A DNA stretch of 63,161 bases, filler included, from Folioceros fuciformis (Eukaryota): NCBI GenBank assembly GCA_049999805.1. It is 12 parts of 12 records of this genome, joined end to end, with 100 filler letters (N's around TTAATTAATTAA, not from the genome) between each part and the next. Parts side by side here need not be neighbours in the genome. Positions count along the whole stretch, not along the records: positions 1 to 18,705 come from JBNGIO010005590.1; positions 18,806 to 21,578 come from JBNGIO010005595.1; positions 21,679 to 29,874 come from JBNGIO010005596.1; 9 more parts are not named here. The stretch is one strand, 5' to 3'. Shown one piece after another: positions 14,056 through 25,552 of this stretch. Both the position numbers and the translations under genes were made by a program. How positions within the stretch are numbered: position 1 is the first letter of the stretch; the number at the start of each line of letters is the position of its first letter. Under the pieces are notes generated by a model. The model made no database searches. It was not told the DNA's origin and worked only from the letters and a program-made list of their open reading frames with translations.

Positions 14056-16229
14056 TATAAAGCAGAAGATTATAGGACGCAGAAGCATGTTTGAGGGCTC
14101 CCATGTTCCATCCTAAATGACATGGTTTTGAAAGAGGAGTCTCAAACATGAACGAAATTACTTGCTTATAGTAAAACTATGCATCCCTCTCCATATTCAT
14201 TGACAGGTTCAATTCCATGGTAGCATTGGTAGAAAACTGTAGCCGCGTGTGTCTGACACCAATAGCATATTCCCACTCACTTGCATCCTTAGCATTTTTG
14301 TTTTCCTACCACATTCTTGCTCACGTTCGTCCTATGCACTTTTGTTCTCCCATAACATACCTACTCAGGTCGATCCTTTGCATTTTTGTTGTTCCACAAT
14401 GTTATTGCTCGCATTCATCTTTCGAATTTCTGTTTCCCAACACATCTCCATCCACATTCATCCTTCACTACTTGCTTTTTCGTTTCCCGGGACATTCCCA
14501 CTCACTTTCATCCTTCACATTTTCTATTTCTACTTCATTTTTACATCCTCTCCATTCTTTTTCCTTCTTTGCATCTTTTGTAGTGGTGCATCATGGCCTT
14601 CTTGAACTCTCTTACTAAATACCTTCTCATGGTTGTCCATCCCATCGCTTTACCACAAAATGTTTTACCTTATCATGATCTTGTGTTGACTTACATTTCC
14701 CAACCATTCATGCCAACTTAGCTAGGAGTTAGTTGACCACAAATCACATCAAACTCAAAATGAGTATGCAAGGGCACTAGCTTAGGCTTATGTACTAATT
14801 TGACAAGGTGAGATTATGCCATGATCTAATAATGATATTAGGAACCATTAAATCAATTTGCAGCTTCATTTGGGTCATCAAAGACAACCAAAGTTGTTGG
14901 TAAGAACCAATCTAAATAGACTACATATGCAGCCATTGTTCCTACTTTGTGTGAGTACTGTTATACCAATATTGGAGGATGTTAGTTACAAAAGAGGTGG
15001 ATCATTGAGTACAGAAGTACTAGAAAGTTGCTAACTTCCTTGAGGAGACAAGGCAAGGTTTAAGGCATGGCAAGTGAAAAGTAGGTTTATCTCTAGAAAG
15101 TTGCTAACTTCCTCAAGAAGACAAGACAAGGTTTAAGGGAGACAATTGCAAAGCAAGTTTATCCCTTGAGAAAAAATTAGAGAGCATGTGCTTGTGATTT
15201 GATCCAATGTATGCAATTTTTGGTGAAAGGTCAATATGAGTCCATTGGAAAATTTTGAAAATATTGGACTACCATCATCTCGTTATCATATTCCTTTACA
15301 TGACTCCCATGTGCTTCTAGATGAATTTGACGTGCCTTTGATTGATCCCAAAAAGGTGCAGTAGAGGATGTCCATGTAGATGTATATAAAAGAATTGAAT
15401 TTATGCTAGTTGTGGGGTCCCATAATAGGTCCTACAAGCCACCATGTTGTTTTTTTTCTGTGTTTTCACTTTTAGATGTGTGGGTCATATGTTACGGTCA
15501 GTTATTATAGGAAATGTTACGGTCTAGGCAAAGGATAACAAAGCGAGGCCTGGACTTAGTCTAGTTGCATTGCTAATGTCGTTGTTACAATTGCCTTCCC
15601 AACCCACATTATTTTAGAGAGGAGTGAACATGGGGGTGCCTTGTCGACACACCCAATAGGTATGGGGGATTATGTGGAAAGGAGGGTGAGGCGGTTTTGC
15701 CGGCATGGGTATAGGTCATGATGAGGTAATGTTGCTAGGACTTGGTTGATGCATATTGCATGCGCAATTTTAAATGATTGCCTATATTGTATGTGATGTC
15801 CCCACAGTCCTGCTCAGTGATCGAATATTATGGTCTAATAATTATTCTAAGTTAGATGTTGGCAGGTACAACAGATAGGGCTATGAGTTCATTGGTTTCT
15901 CAATTTGATGAAGTATTGTGTGGAACCTTAGTGGGACTCAACCACGGCCTTTTGCGTGACAAGCTGAATTGACGTGATTACGGAAACCCACTTGGTTTGT
16001 TTTTGGCATGGATTTTCCCAACCATTCAAAAAGCAAGGAGGGTGTATCCCATTGGAATGTGGACTTTTTGTGTCGAGTGTAATGGTTGCCATTGCAATTG
16101 GGTTTGGGTAATTGGGTTCGAGATTACCTGCAGGTAATTTGACTGACTACTACTCTTTAGAGTAGGCGAAGGGCCATCCTTGCTCTTCCTTTGACAAAGG
16201 AAAGTGGATTAGAGAGGTTTTGTAGGCTC

Positions 16230-17447
16230 CTTTATGGATTTATGACAGAGTATTTGGTGCACTTGCGATGCCACTCAGACGTGAGTTTGAGCATCTGGCA
16301 AAACTGGACAAGCAAGACGTCACCAGGCAAATAATGAACGTGCTTCAGCTCTTTCATGAGAAACATTTGGAGGTTCCTTTTATCGCAATGTACTGTCAAG
16401 AACATTGTCCTGATTTGTTGCGGGAATATGTGGACGAACGAGATAGGGGTTACAGCTATGATATGGATAGTGATGACAAGGCCAAGCTGCGGCACCTTGA
16501 GGCACTCTAGGCTGTCCAGTTGTGGGATAAGAAATGGCTGTTGTTAAGGAGGAGGAAAACGAGTCTGAGATCAGCATACCAGAAAAGGGTGCAGAGTGAC
16601 ACGCTTATGGGCACGGCAAAGGATGATTTGCTAGCAAAGTTACTGACGCAGCTACAAGTAGCACAATCAAAACTTGCTGTTGACGTGGATGCAAAGTTCA
16701 ACTTGCATTTCCTTGCCGATGAAGTTGAAGAAAAGCAGGGACAGCTCAAGCGACCCAAAAGGCGTTCATACTACATTGTTTGCAGGAAAGCGAGACTCGG
16801 CAATGTCACAAAGTACTTTGGGCTTAGCCCTGAGCAGTTTGGAGAAAACTTGCAGGCCATGTACAAGAGACATGAAATGGGGGATGCTCAACTTTTCCCT
16901 GAACAAGCGGCTGCAGAATCTGTGAGCTCAACTATGTCACAATTTCGTGATGCCGCGTCAGCATTAAAAGGAGCAAGGCATATGGTAGCTGTGGAGATCT
17001 TCTCTGAGCCTGCTTGTCGGGAATATGTGAGAAATGTGTTCAATGAGCGATGTGTGGTATCGACGAGACCCACAGTGGATGGCAACTCTTCAATTGACTC
17101 CTTTCATAAATATGGGCCTGTGAAGTGGTTGTGCAATAAGCCAGTCAGTGCCTTTGTCGATGGCCGCTGGCTTTTGATTTAGAAAGCAGAAGAGGAAAAA
17201 CTTCTTGCTGTGAAGATGGGCTTGCCTGAAGAGGCCATTCAGACTGTGGTTATGCATGAGTTTGAATCGTGCTATATAAGTGATGGTGTAAGCAAAGCTG
17301 CGTAGGCATGGAATGAACAACGAAAGCTCATACTCAAAGAGGCCTTGCATTCACATTTTATTCCATTTATGGAAAAGGAGATGAGGATGGTTCTGCCTGC
17401 CCGTGCTAAGCAGTGGGTGGCATTGCAATGTGGCAAGGAACTGTGGA
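16230..17447 (+). pseudogene. SPT6: Internal fragment of transcription elongation factor SPT6 with three in-frame TAG stops
   Basis: EVPFIAMYC; WDKKWLLLRRRK; DVDAKFNLHF; KRPKRRSYY; LKGARHMVAVEI.SEP; STRPTVDGN..IDSFH; KAEEEKLL; SDGVSK..WNEQRKLIL. Confidence 0.9.
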
Positions 17448-17489
17448 GTCCTTCTAGGCCTGTGGTGCTATTTCAACATCTGACTGAAT

Positions 17490-17724
17490 TGTTATTAAGA
17501 GCATACAACACTTAAGATAGTGTAGATTATCCCATATTGAACTCGTAGTTATCTATCATCTAAGTGTTATCAGGATATATCAGGATATACTTAAATATTG
17601 CACCCTTGAGACTAAGGTTTACCTTATCGAGGGTTGCCCCGCCTAAAGGCTATACATGTAGCATCCTGTGCACCATAAGTAAGGAACTGTGGAGTCCTTC
17701 TATGCCTGTGGTGCTATTTCAACA
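17490..17724 (+). mobile_element. Probable short LTR (TGTT..AACA) whose last 44 bp are also present at 17435-17478
   Basis: Inverted termini and a 44-bp direct repeat with one mismatch; no TSD. Confidence 0.4.
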
Positions 17725-18569
17725 CTCGAGAGCTTCCCGGTCCTCGCCTCCTGCTCCCTACTTGGTTCAGGCTAGCAGATCTGAAACATCTTCAGTGCCC
17801 GAGACCAGCCAACTTTCCTCTCACAAGCCCCCCCTTCACCAAGTTGGAGAGCTATTTGCACACTTTCACTGATAGTGCTTAGTGAGACAGGACTTTAATT
17901 TTGGCTCAGACGCGAGGATGTGGCTGGTTTTGTTCAAACGAGGAGGGCCGACGAGCCTCTAGCCTATTGTCCAGGTCCGATTCGATTGCTCCCGCCCGAT
18001 GCACAACTGCCTACTCCCTTGGATCTAGTCAGCCCCCACCTTGATTTGTCTTAGAGTCACCTGCGAGCCGACCAGACCGGGTCCTGCCAATCCGACCGGG
18101 TCTTGCCAATCCGTCCTGCCTATCCATGTTGCGAGGTAGCGCCTTGCTCCCTGCCTGATCGACCTGGCCACGATCCAACCAGCTGCCATGTTGCGCATCC
18201 CCTGTAGCGGCCCCTGCTAGTCGATGAGCTAGGCCACCTGCCTGGCTCCAGTCGTGGCTAGCCGCTTATCCAACCACTAGCAGCTTGGCTACAGCGGCCA
18301 CGACTCAGCTAGCCCGTCGACTAGCCACGGTTCAGCTAGCTGGCCTAGCTACCTGAATCCGCAGACCCACCTACCTGCTTGTCCAGACCCGCCTGGGCAA
18401 ACAACTTGGCTGCCAGTCATCAGCTGGCTGCTTGTCTGCAGTCACTTGGTAAGGTCCGTCTGTCCTGATCTTGCCAGGCCTCCTGGAGCTGCCGGCCAGG
18501 CGCCCTCCAGCCCTAACTAGCCCTGCCAGAGCCTACCACCGACCCACCTGGCCGATTCACCCAGGCTGC

Positions 18570-18705
18570 TATGGAGGCAAAACCCCGGGCACTGATTGCC
18601 GACGGGTTCCACCTTTAGTGGCCACACTTATCCCACTGTCGTTGAGACATTGGGTTTCGTTCCCACGAAGGAGCGATGGGGTTCCTTGCTGCTGTGGATG
18701 GAGGG
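18570..18705 (-). mobile_element. 3' end of a TGTGG/CCACA-family LTR (same family as 584-1666), cut by a gap
   Basis: Near-identical reverse complement of 1531-1666. Confidence 0.85.
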
Positions 18706-18805
18706 NNNNNNNNNNNNNNNNNNNNNNNNNNNNNNNNNNNNNNNNNNNNTTAATTAATTAANNNNNNNNNNNNNNNNNNNNNNNNNNNNNNNNNNNNNNN
18801 NNNNN
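18706..18805. other. Artificial 100-bp contig spacer; also at 21579, 29875, 31230, 32944, 37663, 48211, 56206, 57427, 59014 and 61921
   Basis: N-run, ttaattaattaa (stops in all six frames), N-run, always the same length. Confidence 0.98.
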
Positions 18806-20288
18806 CCCAAGTGGCATGCGAGAACTCCAAGTCACCAAGCTACAAGCACTCCTAGTTTCCATGCGACATGGGGCCACTCTAAGTCCTCAGGTGCTTGGGA
18901 GCTTAGGGAAGTAGCGGTTTGTGAGCAAACGGACGGGCAGCAGGGATCTGTGAGCTGCAGGAAGTAGGGAGGCTACCACAATGGAGGGGCAACGAGCTTG
19001 GATAGTGGAGAGGTAGTGAGGCTGCCAAAGGGGAGAAGAAACATGGCGGCTACCCCTCCTTTTGTTTTTTTTCCCTTCCATGATCAAGGAGCGACCTGGA
19101 GGCAAGATCCTAGGGATCTGTGAGTTGGAGGTGGCCTAGGCTGCATTCGACGAGGGCTGTGAGCAAAGGGAGTGAAGAGCCGCCTCCCAAGACTCCACTT
19201 TTCTCTCTAATTTGCTGATCAAGGGGAGTTGGTTTCAGTGGGGGTTTTTGCACCCCCCCCCTATCTGCTGATTTTAGTGTGGAGAGCAGCGTGTGGAGCC
19301 AGCTAAGCTCCCTCTAGAGGGCTGCTCACAAGGGCTGATTGATTAGGCTTTGAGAAAGGGGAACATGGTGCAGATCCGGGTCCTTTTGTGTGCTCCTTTC
19401 CTTTCTTTCACTCAGAGGCAAGGAGCAAGGCAAGTGCCTCAATCTTCGTGGGCTGTGGCTGAGAGTAAAGGAGGGGGTGTGGCTCTTGGCCTCCTGTTCT
19501 TTCTTTTCCACATTTCTTTTCCTTCTTAGGTGCAAGGGATCTAGCAATTGTAGGGGGGGGTGATGAAGGGTGGTTTGTGAGCTCATGAAAAAGTTGAAAG
19601 CAGTGCTGTGAGGGGTTTAGGGTGCTGTGGGCTCCTGCTATAGGAGTCACCAACGTTGAGGTGATTTGCTCTTGGCCGGACAGAAGTGTGGTCAGCAGTG
19701 GCAGGACTTGGGGCTCAACCAACAAAACATGAAGACAAGGAAGGGCATGGGTGAGACAGAGGGATAGGTGGATTCCACTCCCGCCCCTCTAGTGCCAAAG
19801 AAGGCCCCAAGAGGAGAAGATTCAATTTTTGTGTCTTGCAGAACAGGTGTCACCCAAGGATCTGTGGGACTCCCGTCCTTATGCTGCGGACCCTGACGTT
19901 AGGATGGAGTGGCTCTACGGACAACACTGGTCCTATGCCCACTTCAAGATGGCAAGGGAGTGCTGCTGATAGATGTGGAATGCACGTCTGACAGACAGGA
20001 GATTTTGGGGACACTTGAGCCCAGGACAAAAGCTAACATGGATCTGTCACTTGTGTTGCCTACAAGATAGGGGGAGACTCCTCCTCCTTTGCCGTTGGAA
20101 AGCAGCCCAGCAACTGCACCTCAGTCAACAACAAGGAAGAGACCAGCTAATGAGGTGACAACACAGGAGGACAAGGAGGATAATTGCAGCCAGCAAAAGA
20201 TCAGAAGGTTCCGCCCAAGGACACAGCTAGCGGAGGACTATCAGGAGTGGGGTCAGACCCCACTGTTTAGACTTAGTTTATGTTGGCT

Positions 20289-21524
20289 TGTGGTGATTGG
20301 ACCTAAATGGTAGACCCATTAAGACTTCTGACACCGAGTCATTTTCTAAGCAAGCCTAGGTTAATGAGCCAAGAGGTTCATTAATTTAGTTGATTTTTGT
20401 AGTATTGACCTAAAGAGAGAGAGAGCGTTAAGAGAGAGGGGAGCTCTTATAAGGCTAGGAGAGTTCCCTAAACTCATTTTGTCATTTGCCACCCTTTAGT
20501 CTTCAGCTCTTGCTTCTTGAGCTCCATATGTCTCTTGTTTTAGCTGGCTGCTGGCTATTGTGGTTGAGACCTCGTCTCTTTTTTCGGTCAGATGTTGCTA
20601 AGTTGCAGCTGTAGATGTGGATGAGGTTGGAGATTGCTGGTTGATGGTGCAAGTGTCTATGGTTGCTGTCCTTACTGTTCCCGCATGCAAGTCTTGCTAG
20701 TGTGTTGCCGGCCAAGGAGACTAGGTGCCTGGTAGGAGGTAAGGGCAAGTTCCATCAACCTGTGGGGTAGCGTAGGAGAGTTCTGACCCGCGGAGGGGAG
20801 AACTAGTAGAGGAGTAGAGGTGAAGGTCATTGTAGTGTTTAGAGTTGCAAGGCAACGAGAGTGCTCAAGGCCTGGCAAGGAGCCTGAGGCTGTGTTTCCT
20901 CAAATCCACCCTGATTGGTGTGTGTTTTTGATGTGGTGCTAGTAGGATCTGACGGGGGAGGGTTGCAACCTGGTTGTAGTTTCCTCTTGCCGGTTCTGAC
21001 TTGTGGTTTCCAATACATGGAGTAAGGGGGCTATAGGCAGTAACAGCTACAGCAGTTGAGAGTGTGAAGATTTGTCCATAGGTCAGCAATGGCGACCTGA
21101 ACCGTTGGCAGGGTAGGAGTGACAATCCTGACTTGTCTGCAATTGGTAGGTTTGTTGGAAGTTGAGTAGTACCTCTGACCGAAGATAGCAAGATCAGAAT
21201 GGTTTGGATGGAAGTTGGTTGTGAGACGTGAGAAGTGTGAAGTAGGAGGTTGTGTGGTCAGATCCGGGGTGACAGACCTGATCTGTCTGCAGCTAGACAA
21301 GTCCTGACTAGGGGTTGCAAGAATAGGAGTAGAGGGTCAGCAATTGGATGTAAGAGTTGTGAAGTTGTGGAGTTAGGAGAAGTCATCTCATACACTAGAG
21401 ATTGGGAACACCAACCACTCTTTGGAGGGATCGAAACCCATTCTATACTAACGACAGTGGGATAAGTGTGGCCACTAAAGGACGGAGCTGAGGGAGTCCC
21501 ACTCCTCGAGATCCGACCGCCACA
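20289..21524 (+). mobile_element. Divergent LTR of the TGTGG/CCACA group (5' boundary approximate)
   Basis: Ends gccaca; contains the U5 motif at 21451, a tgtgttgccgg..ctggtagga box, and a GA-run/TATAA layout like 584-1666. Confidence 0.55.
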
Positions 21525-21855
21525 AACACAAATAAGATAAGTTTGACCTACTATCTATGGGCCCATAGACCACCATTTNNNNNNNNNNNNNNNNNNNNNN
21601 NNNNNNNNNNNNNNNNNNNNNNTTAATTAATTAANNNNNNNNNNNNNNNNNNNNNNNNNNNNNNNNNNNNNNNNNNNNGATGAAGCCACAACGTTTTGTG
21701 CTAGTCGTGTGTTGCTCAACAACAACAACACTAAGGCCTTACCCTCTTTTGGAGCTTAAGAGGGAGCTAGTTGTTTGTTTTGGTTTTAGTGTTATGGTTT
21801 ACATTAGCCTATTTTTCATATTTTCCTTATCCTGATTATTTCAACTAAGAGGGAG

Positions 21856-22004
21856 TAAAGGAAATTATGTTAGTTTATGTTAGTTTTATAACCAAAAATA
21901 CACTTTATTAAATACCTAATTATAACTGCTTTTGTCTTTGCTCACTTGCCCCTTGCGTTCTCACGCTCTCATGCCCGTGCCCTAGCTTTCACACTAATCC
22001 ATCA
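21856..22004 (+). mobile_element. PPT and short 3' LTR of a copia element inserted into the methyltransferase domain
   Basis: caactaagagggag precedes it, the same PPT context as at 45028-45041. It ends ccatca exactly where methyltransferase similarity stops. Confidence 0.65.
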
Positions 22005-22860
22005 CGCGAAAGAAAGCCCATGATCTGCTCACGCTCCTCAATGCGGGGCTCTTCCCATTGCTTTGTGGTGGTGTTGTATAGCAATCCAGCGCCGTTGCCG
22101 CAATAGGCAAAGGAGCCAGGAAAGCTCACTAGGGTAGGCAATGTTTTGCGAGGCTGACCAGGTGTGTTGGTTGGATGCCAGGGTGGTCGCTCACTAGCAA
22201 CCACAGGCCTGGGTTCATGATCTGCATCCAACACATCCTGCAGCTGCAAGGTGGGATCCCGCTTAGTATTGCGAAGCACGAGTTCCAAGAGTGAATTAGG
22301 GATGAGGTTGGTCCAGTAGTTGCGCAGACGATGCGCATAACTACCCACCTTGACAGCATCCAAAAGAAAGGGAGCACCAAGATGGTGCTCCACGACTGCC
22401 ATGTCCTGTCGCACAGAATCCCTCTTGTCAAGCTGTGCTGGGGTGTTCTCGAGGAGATAGCCACGCTGTGGATTTTCCTGTTGCACCCATGCCAAGATCT
22501 GGTGCAGGTCTCGAAACAACCCAGTGCGATGGTTCTCCAACCCCGCTCCTGCACCTGCTTAGGAGAACCCTTGGCATTCCCAGCTAGCTATTAGCACGTC
22601 TATGGATCCCAAGGCCTGGATGTGGCCTTGTTGGATGTACATGACGTCTTGAGGCAGTGCTGAGAATGTGGCAGCTAAGGCTGCCTTCGATAGCTGTGTG
22701 GGGAACCTGCTGCGGAGCTCCTGTAAGCGATGAGCAGCTATCTGCCGTGCTTCCCCGCTGCTGTCCCAGTATACATAACGCCTGATAGGGAGGCCTGCCT
22801 TAAGCAAAGCCTCTAGGCCAGTACAAATGCCGCCAAACAGGTCTACGAGAAAAAGGCCAG
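22005..22860 (-). pseudogene. DNMT3-like C5 cytosine DNA methyltransferase domain; one TAA stop, motif X absent from this contig
   Basis: Motifs in order: I LVDLFGGICTG; II YVYWD; III PQDV; IV DVLIASWECQGFS; V GL..RTGLF; VI YLLENT; VIII AHRLRNYWTN; IX EEREQIMGF. ORFs 22559-22948 and 21989-22540 share one frame. Confidence 0.88.
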
Positions 22861-23199
22861 CAGCTGGGATAGGCCAATCAATCACCTGAGACTTGACAAC
22901 ATGCTCTTGCATGGGATCCTTGAGTCCTCGCTGCAACAGAGCTTGCACCTACTGAACATGCTCGTAAGCATCCTACAGCACACCCTCAACCTATGTGGGA
23001 TGGTCAGCGGCCTTGATCAGATCTGTCAATCTACATGTGGTTGTGGTGTTGCTGAACTAGCTGTCACAATGCTCCTCCTCTTGCTCTGACTCTAGGTGGT
23101 CCTTATCCTGCAAATGGTTGCTGGCCAAGGGTGTTCCCTCCCTGACCAGGACTGTTGTACAGGCTTGTCGCTCTACAAGTGTAGCTGTGTCAGCCTCTG

Positions 23200-23650
23200 A
23201 CTTGTCATGCAATCGAAGGGATAAGTGTGCCACCCTTCTCCCTCCTTGCTTCCAATCTTGACGATAATACGCCTGCTCTGTCCAGTTGTCCACACTTAAA
23301 CTTGGTGGAAACAGAAATTCTTGCCCTAACAGCACGTCATAGTTTGTGGTTGTTGTCACTAGGCATGGAAGACTCAGCGTCATGGCATTTGGGGTGCCTG
23401 GCTTGAGTGTGATATCCATAGGCTTGACAGTTGCTCCAGCGACTGGCTCAATGGCTCCTGACGCTGTCCTTATGCTCCAAGGAGAGCTCTTGAGAGCTGA
23501 ACCATCGAGGTTGAGCCTAGCAGCTAATGTCTTGCCAATGATCACTGATTGAGCACCAGTGTCGAGCAGTACAACCCTTGGGGCATACCCATTCACTGTA
23601 ATATGCCCTGCATCATTGTCAACAAGTGCATTGCCGACTCTGACTGCTAG
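23200..23650 (-). pseudogene. Retropepsin aspartic protease domain
   Basis: VLLDTGAQSVII...IRTASG...YDVLLGQEFL. Confidence 0.88.
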
Positions 23651-24169
23651 GCAGTTGGTGGGTTGGATCCTAGGAGAGCTAATGGGTTGAGCAGGCTGCC
23701 TTCCAACTGCTGCAACTTCAAACATGCTTCCAGCTACTGTCTCCCTGGTGCAAGGTGAGATGCTACCAGGTACCACTCACCCATCTGGAGCTAGTGGCCA
23801 GCATGACGCTCCTGAAGACAATACAGTTGCTTGCGCTAGTTGCAATTCCTTGGGCAAACGCTCATGTCCTAGCCCCATGTCTTGCAAAGAGAATAGAGGA
23901 ATGCCAGTCAGTTTCTCAGATAATTGTTCCACAGTGAAGGCCCTGGGCATCAAGTAGACTGGCCCACTAGCTGACACCTGTGGTTACGGTGGAGGAATGT
24001 CTACTGTCTGTGGCCCTCCTGCCAATGTGGAATGCTCTTGCCCTCGGACTGGGATTGCACTTCCTGGTGACAGTGGTGCAAAAGTCTTGCCCTCGCTCCT
24101 CGCTGCCGAGTGACTGGCCCTGTTGCTGTCTCCAACACTGGTGGGTATAAATGTTGCCCTACCCACGTG

Positions 24170-25552
24170 TGTGGCAACTCAGCAGTTGTCATCTCAGCCT
24201 CCATCCAGTTGGCGACACACACCTGATGTTGTGAGCAGTAATCCTCCTCCTTGTCTCTGACCAGTTCAGCAACATTGGCTGGTTTGGGTGAGGTTGCTCC
24301 ACTACTGAGACTGGCTGTAAGCGCGCCCAGCTGTGAAGATAACGTTGCAACAGTGACTTCTAGGGCAGATACCTTCTCTGCATTGGATGCAGCCTTAGCT
24401 TTGGCCTTGTCCCTTTGCTGTCGGCTGCGTGAGACCCCAACACTAATACCAGCTTCTGTGGTAGCTAAACCTCCAGCATCGACTGCTGTAGTCCCTGTCC
24501 CACTGCTTGCATTTTTCTGAGATCTTCTCTCCGGATGCTTCTGAAAACATACTGTGACCACATGTCCAGTCTTGTGACAATGTGTACAGTACAAGCCTTC
24601 TACTGGGCATTTGCAAGCTGGGCTCATATGCTCAGAACTGTCACAGTAGTTGCACAAAGATGCAGCTGTAGCTACAGCTGCTCCAGCCTTGACAAGCTTG
24701 GCCTGCTGTGACTTGGCCCATGAACCTGTTGCAATACACCCCTTTGTGGAGAACATAGACTGGTAATGAGTAAATGCCTTGGAGTCTCGTGAAGCATATG
24801 CAGAGAGAGAAAGCAATCTCCCTGCGTTCAGCTTCTTCATGTACTTGCTCCAAGATATACCTATCACCATATTTATCCACCAACGTTGTGATGAGCTGAA
24901 AGTGAAAGAGTGGGTCTCCTTCCAAGGCTGTTAGGAATTTCTCTGCTGCGTCCTGGTCCGGTAGCATCCCTGTGCCCTCATGTAGCTTTTGCAGTCTACG
25001 AAACGCCATCTGCACGGTTTCTCCCTTCTTCCTAGCAAAAGATGCCAGCTCTACAATTTTCTCCGGAGTCTTCAATGGGAAGGCTTTCTCCAGAATGCCC
25101 ATAAATTCTTCGACGGGGTTGGCATACTTAGGAACCTGCAGCTCATCGGGTATGCCCACAGTGGCTGCTATCCTTTCATCTGGTGTAAGAGTTATGACCG
25201 TTGGGGGTGGCACTGTTGGTTCCACCGTGGTTGCAACAATGGCCTGCTGATGGCCTTGAATGGCTGCAACCAGCTTGGCGTTGTAAGCCAGCTGAAGAGC
25301 CTCCTAGAACCTTGGATTAGGCATGGACACCATGGCTGTGAGCTCAGCCTGATGCAGCTCATAAAGGTCTAGAGCTTCATCTGTCATATAACTTGAAAGC
25401 TACTCGAACATATACAAATGGTTGTAAGCTCCAGCATGCTTGAATTTTACCCGACTAATGACTGCATTGAGGTGCAGTCTAAAATCCCGCAAAGTTTGTG
25501 TCCCTAGTCTCCCGGAGAATCTCTCTTGCTTGTAAGGTGCTCCTCCCTCCAT
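24170..25552 (-). pseudogene. Gag-like region with two CCHC-type knuckles, stops and compensating frameshifts
   Basis: MEGGAPYKQERFSG; FARKKGETVQMAFRRL; CNYCDSSEHMSPAC; CTHCHKTGHVVTVC. Confidence 0.75.

Noticed and set aside
14217-14618. Phe/Ser/Leu-rich ORFs resembling membrane proteins
   Set aside because: Pyrimidine-biased, degenerate repetitive sequence open in several frames with no motif.
18750-18761. TTAATTAATTAA palindrome recurring 11 times
   Set aside because: Artificial assembly linker embedded in N-runs.
21989-22948. Bacterial restriction-modification methylase or contamination
   Set aside because: In frame with a retropepsin and gag, nested among plant copia sequences, with DNMT3-like motifs VIII and IX and no endonuclease.
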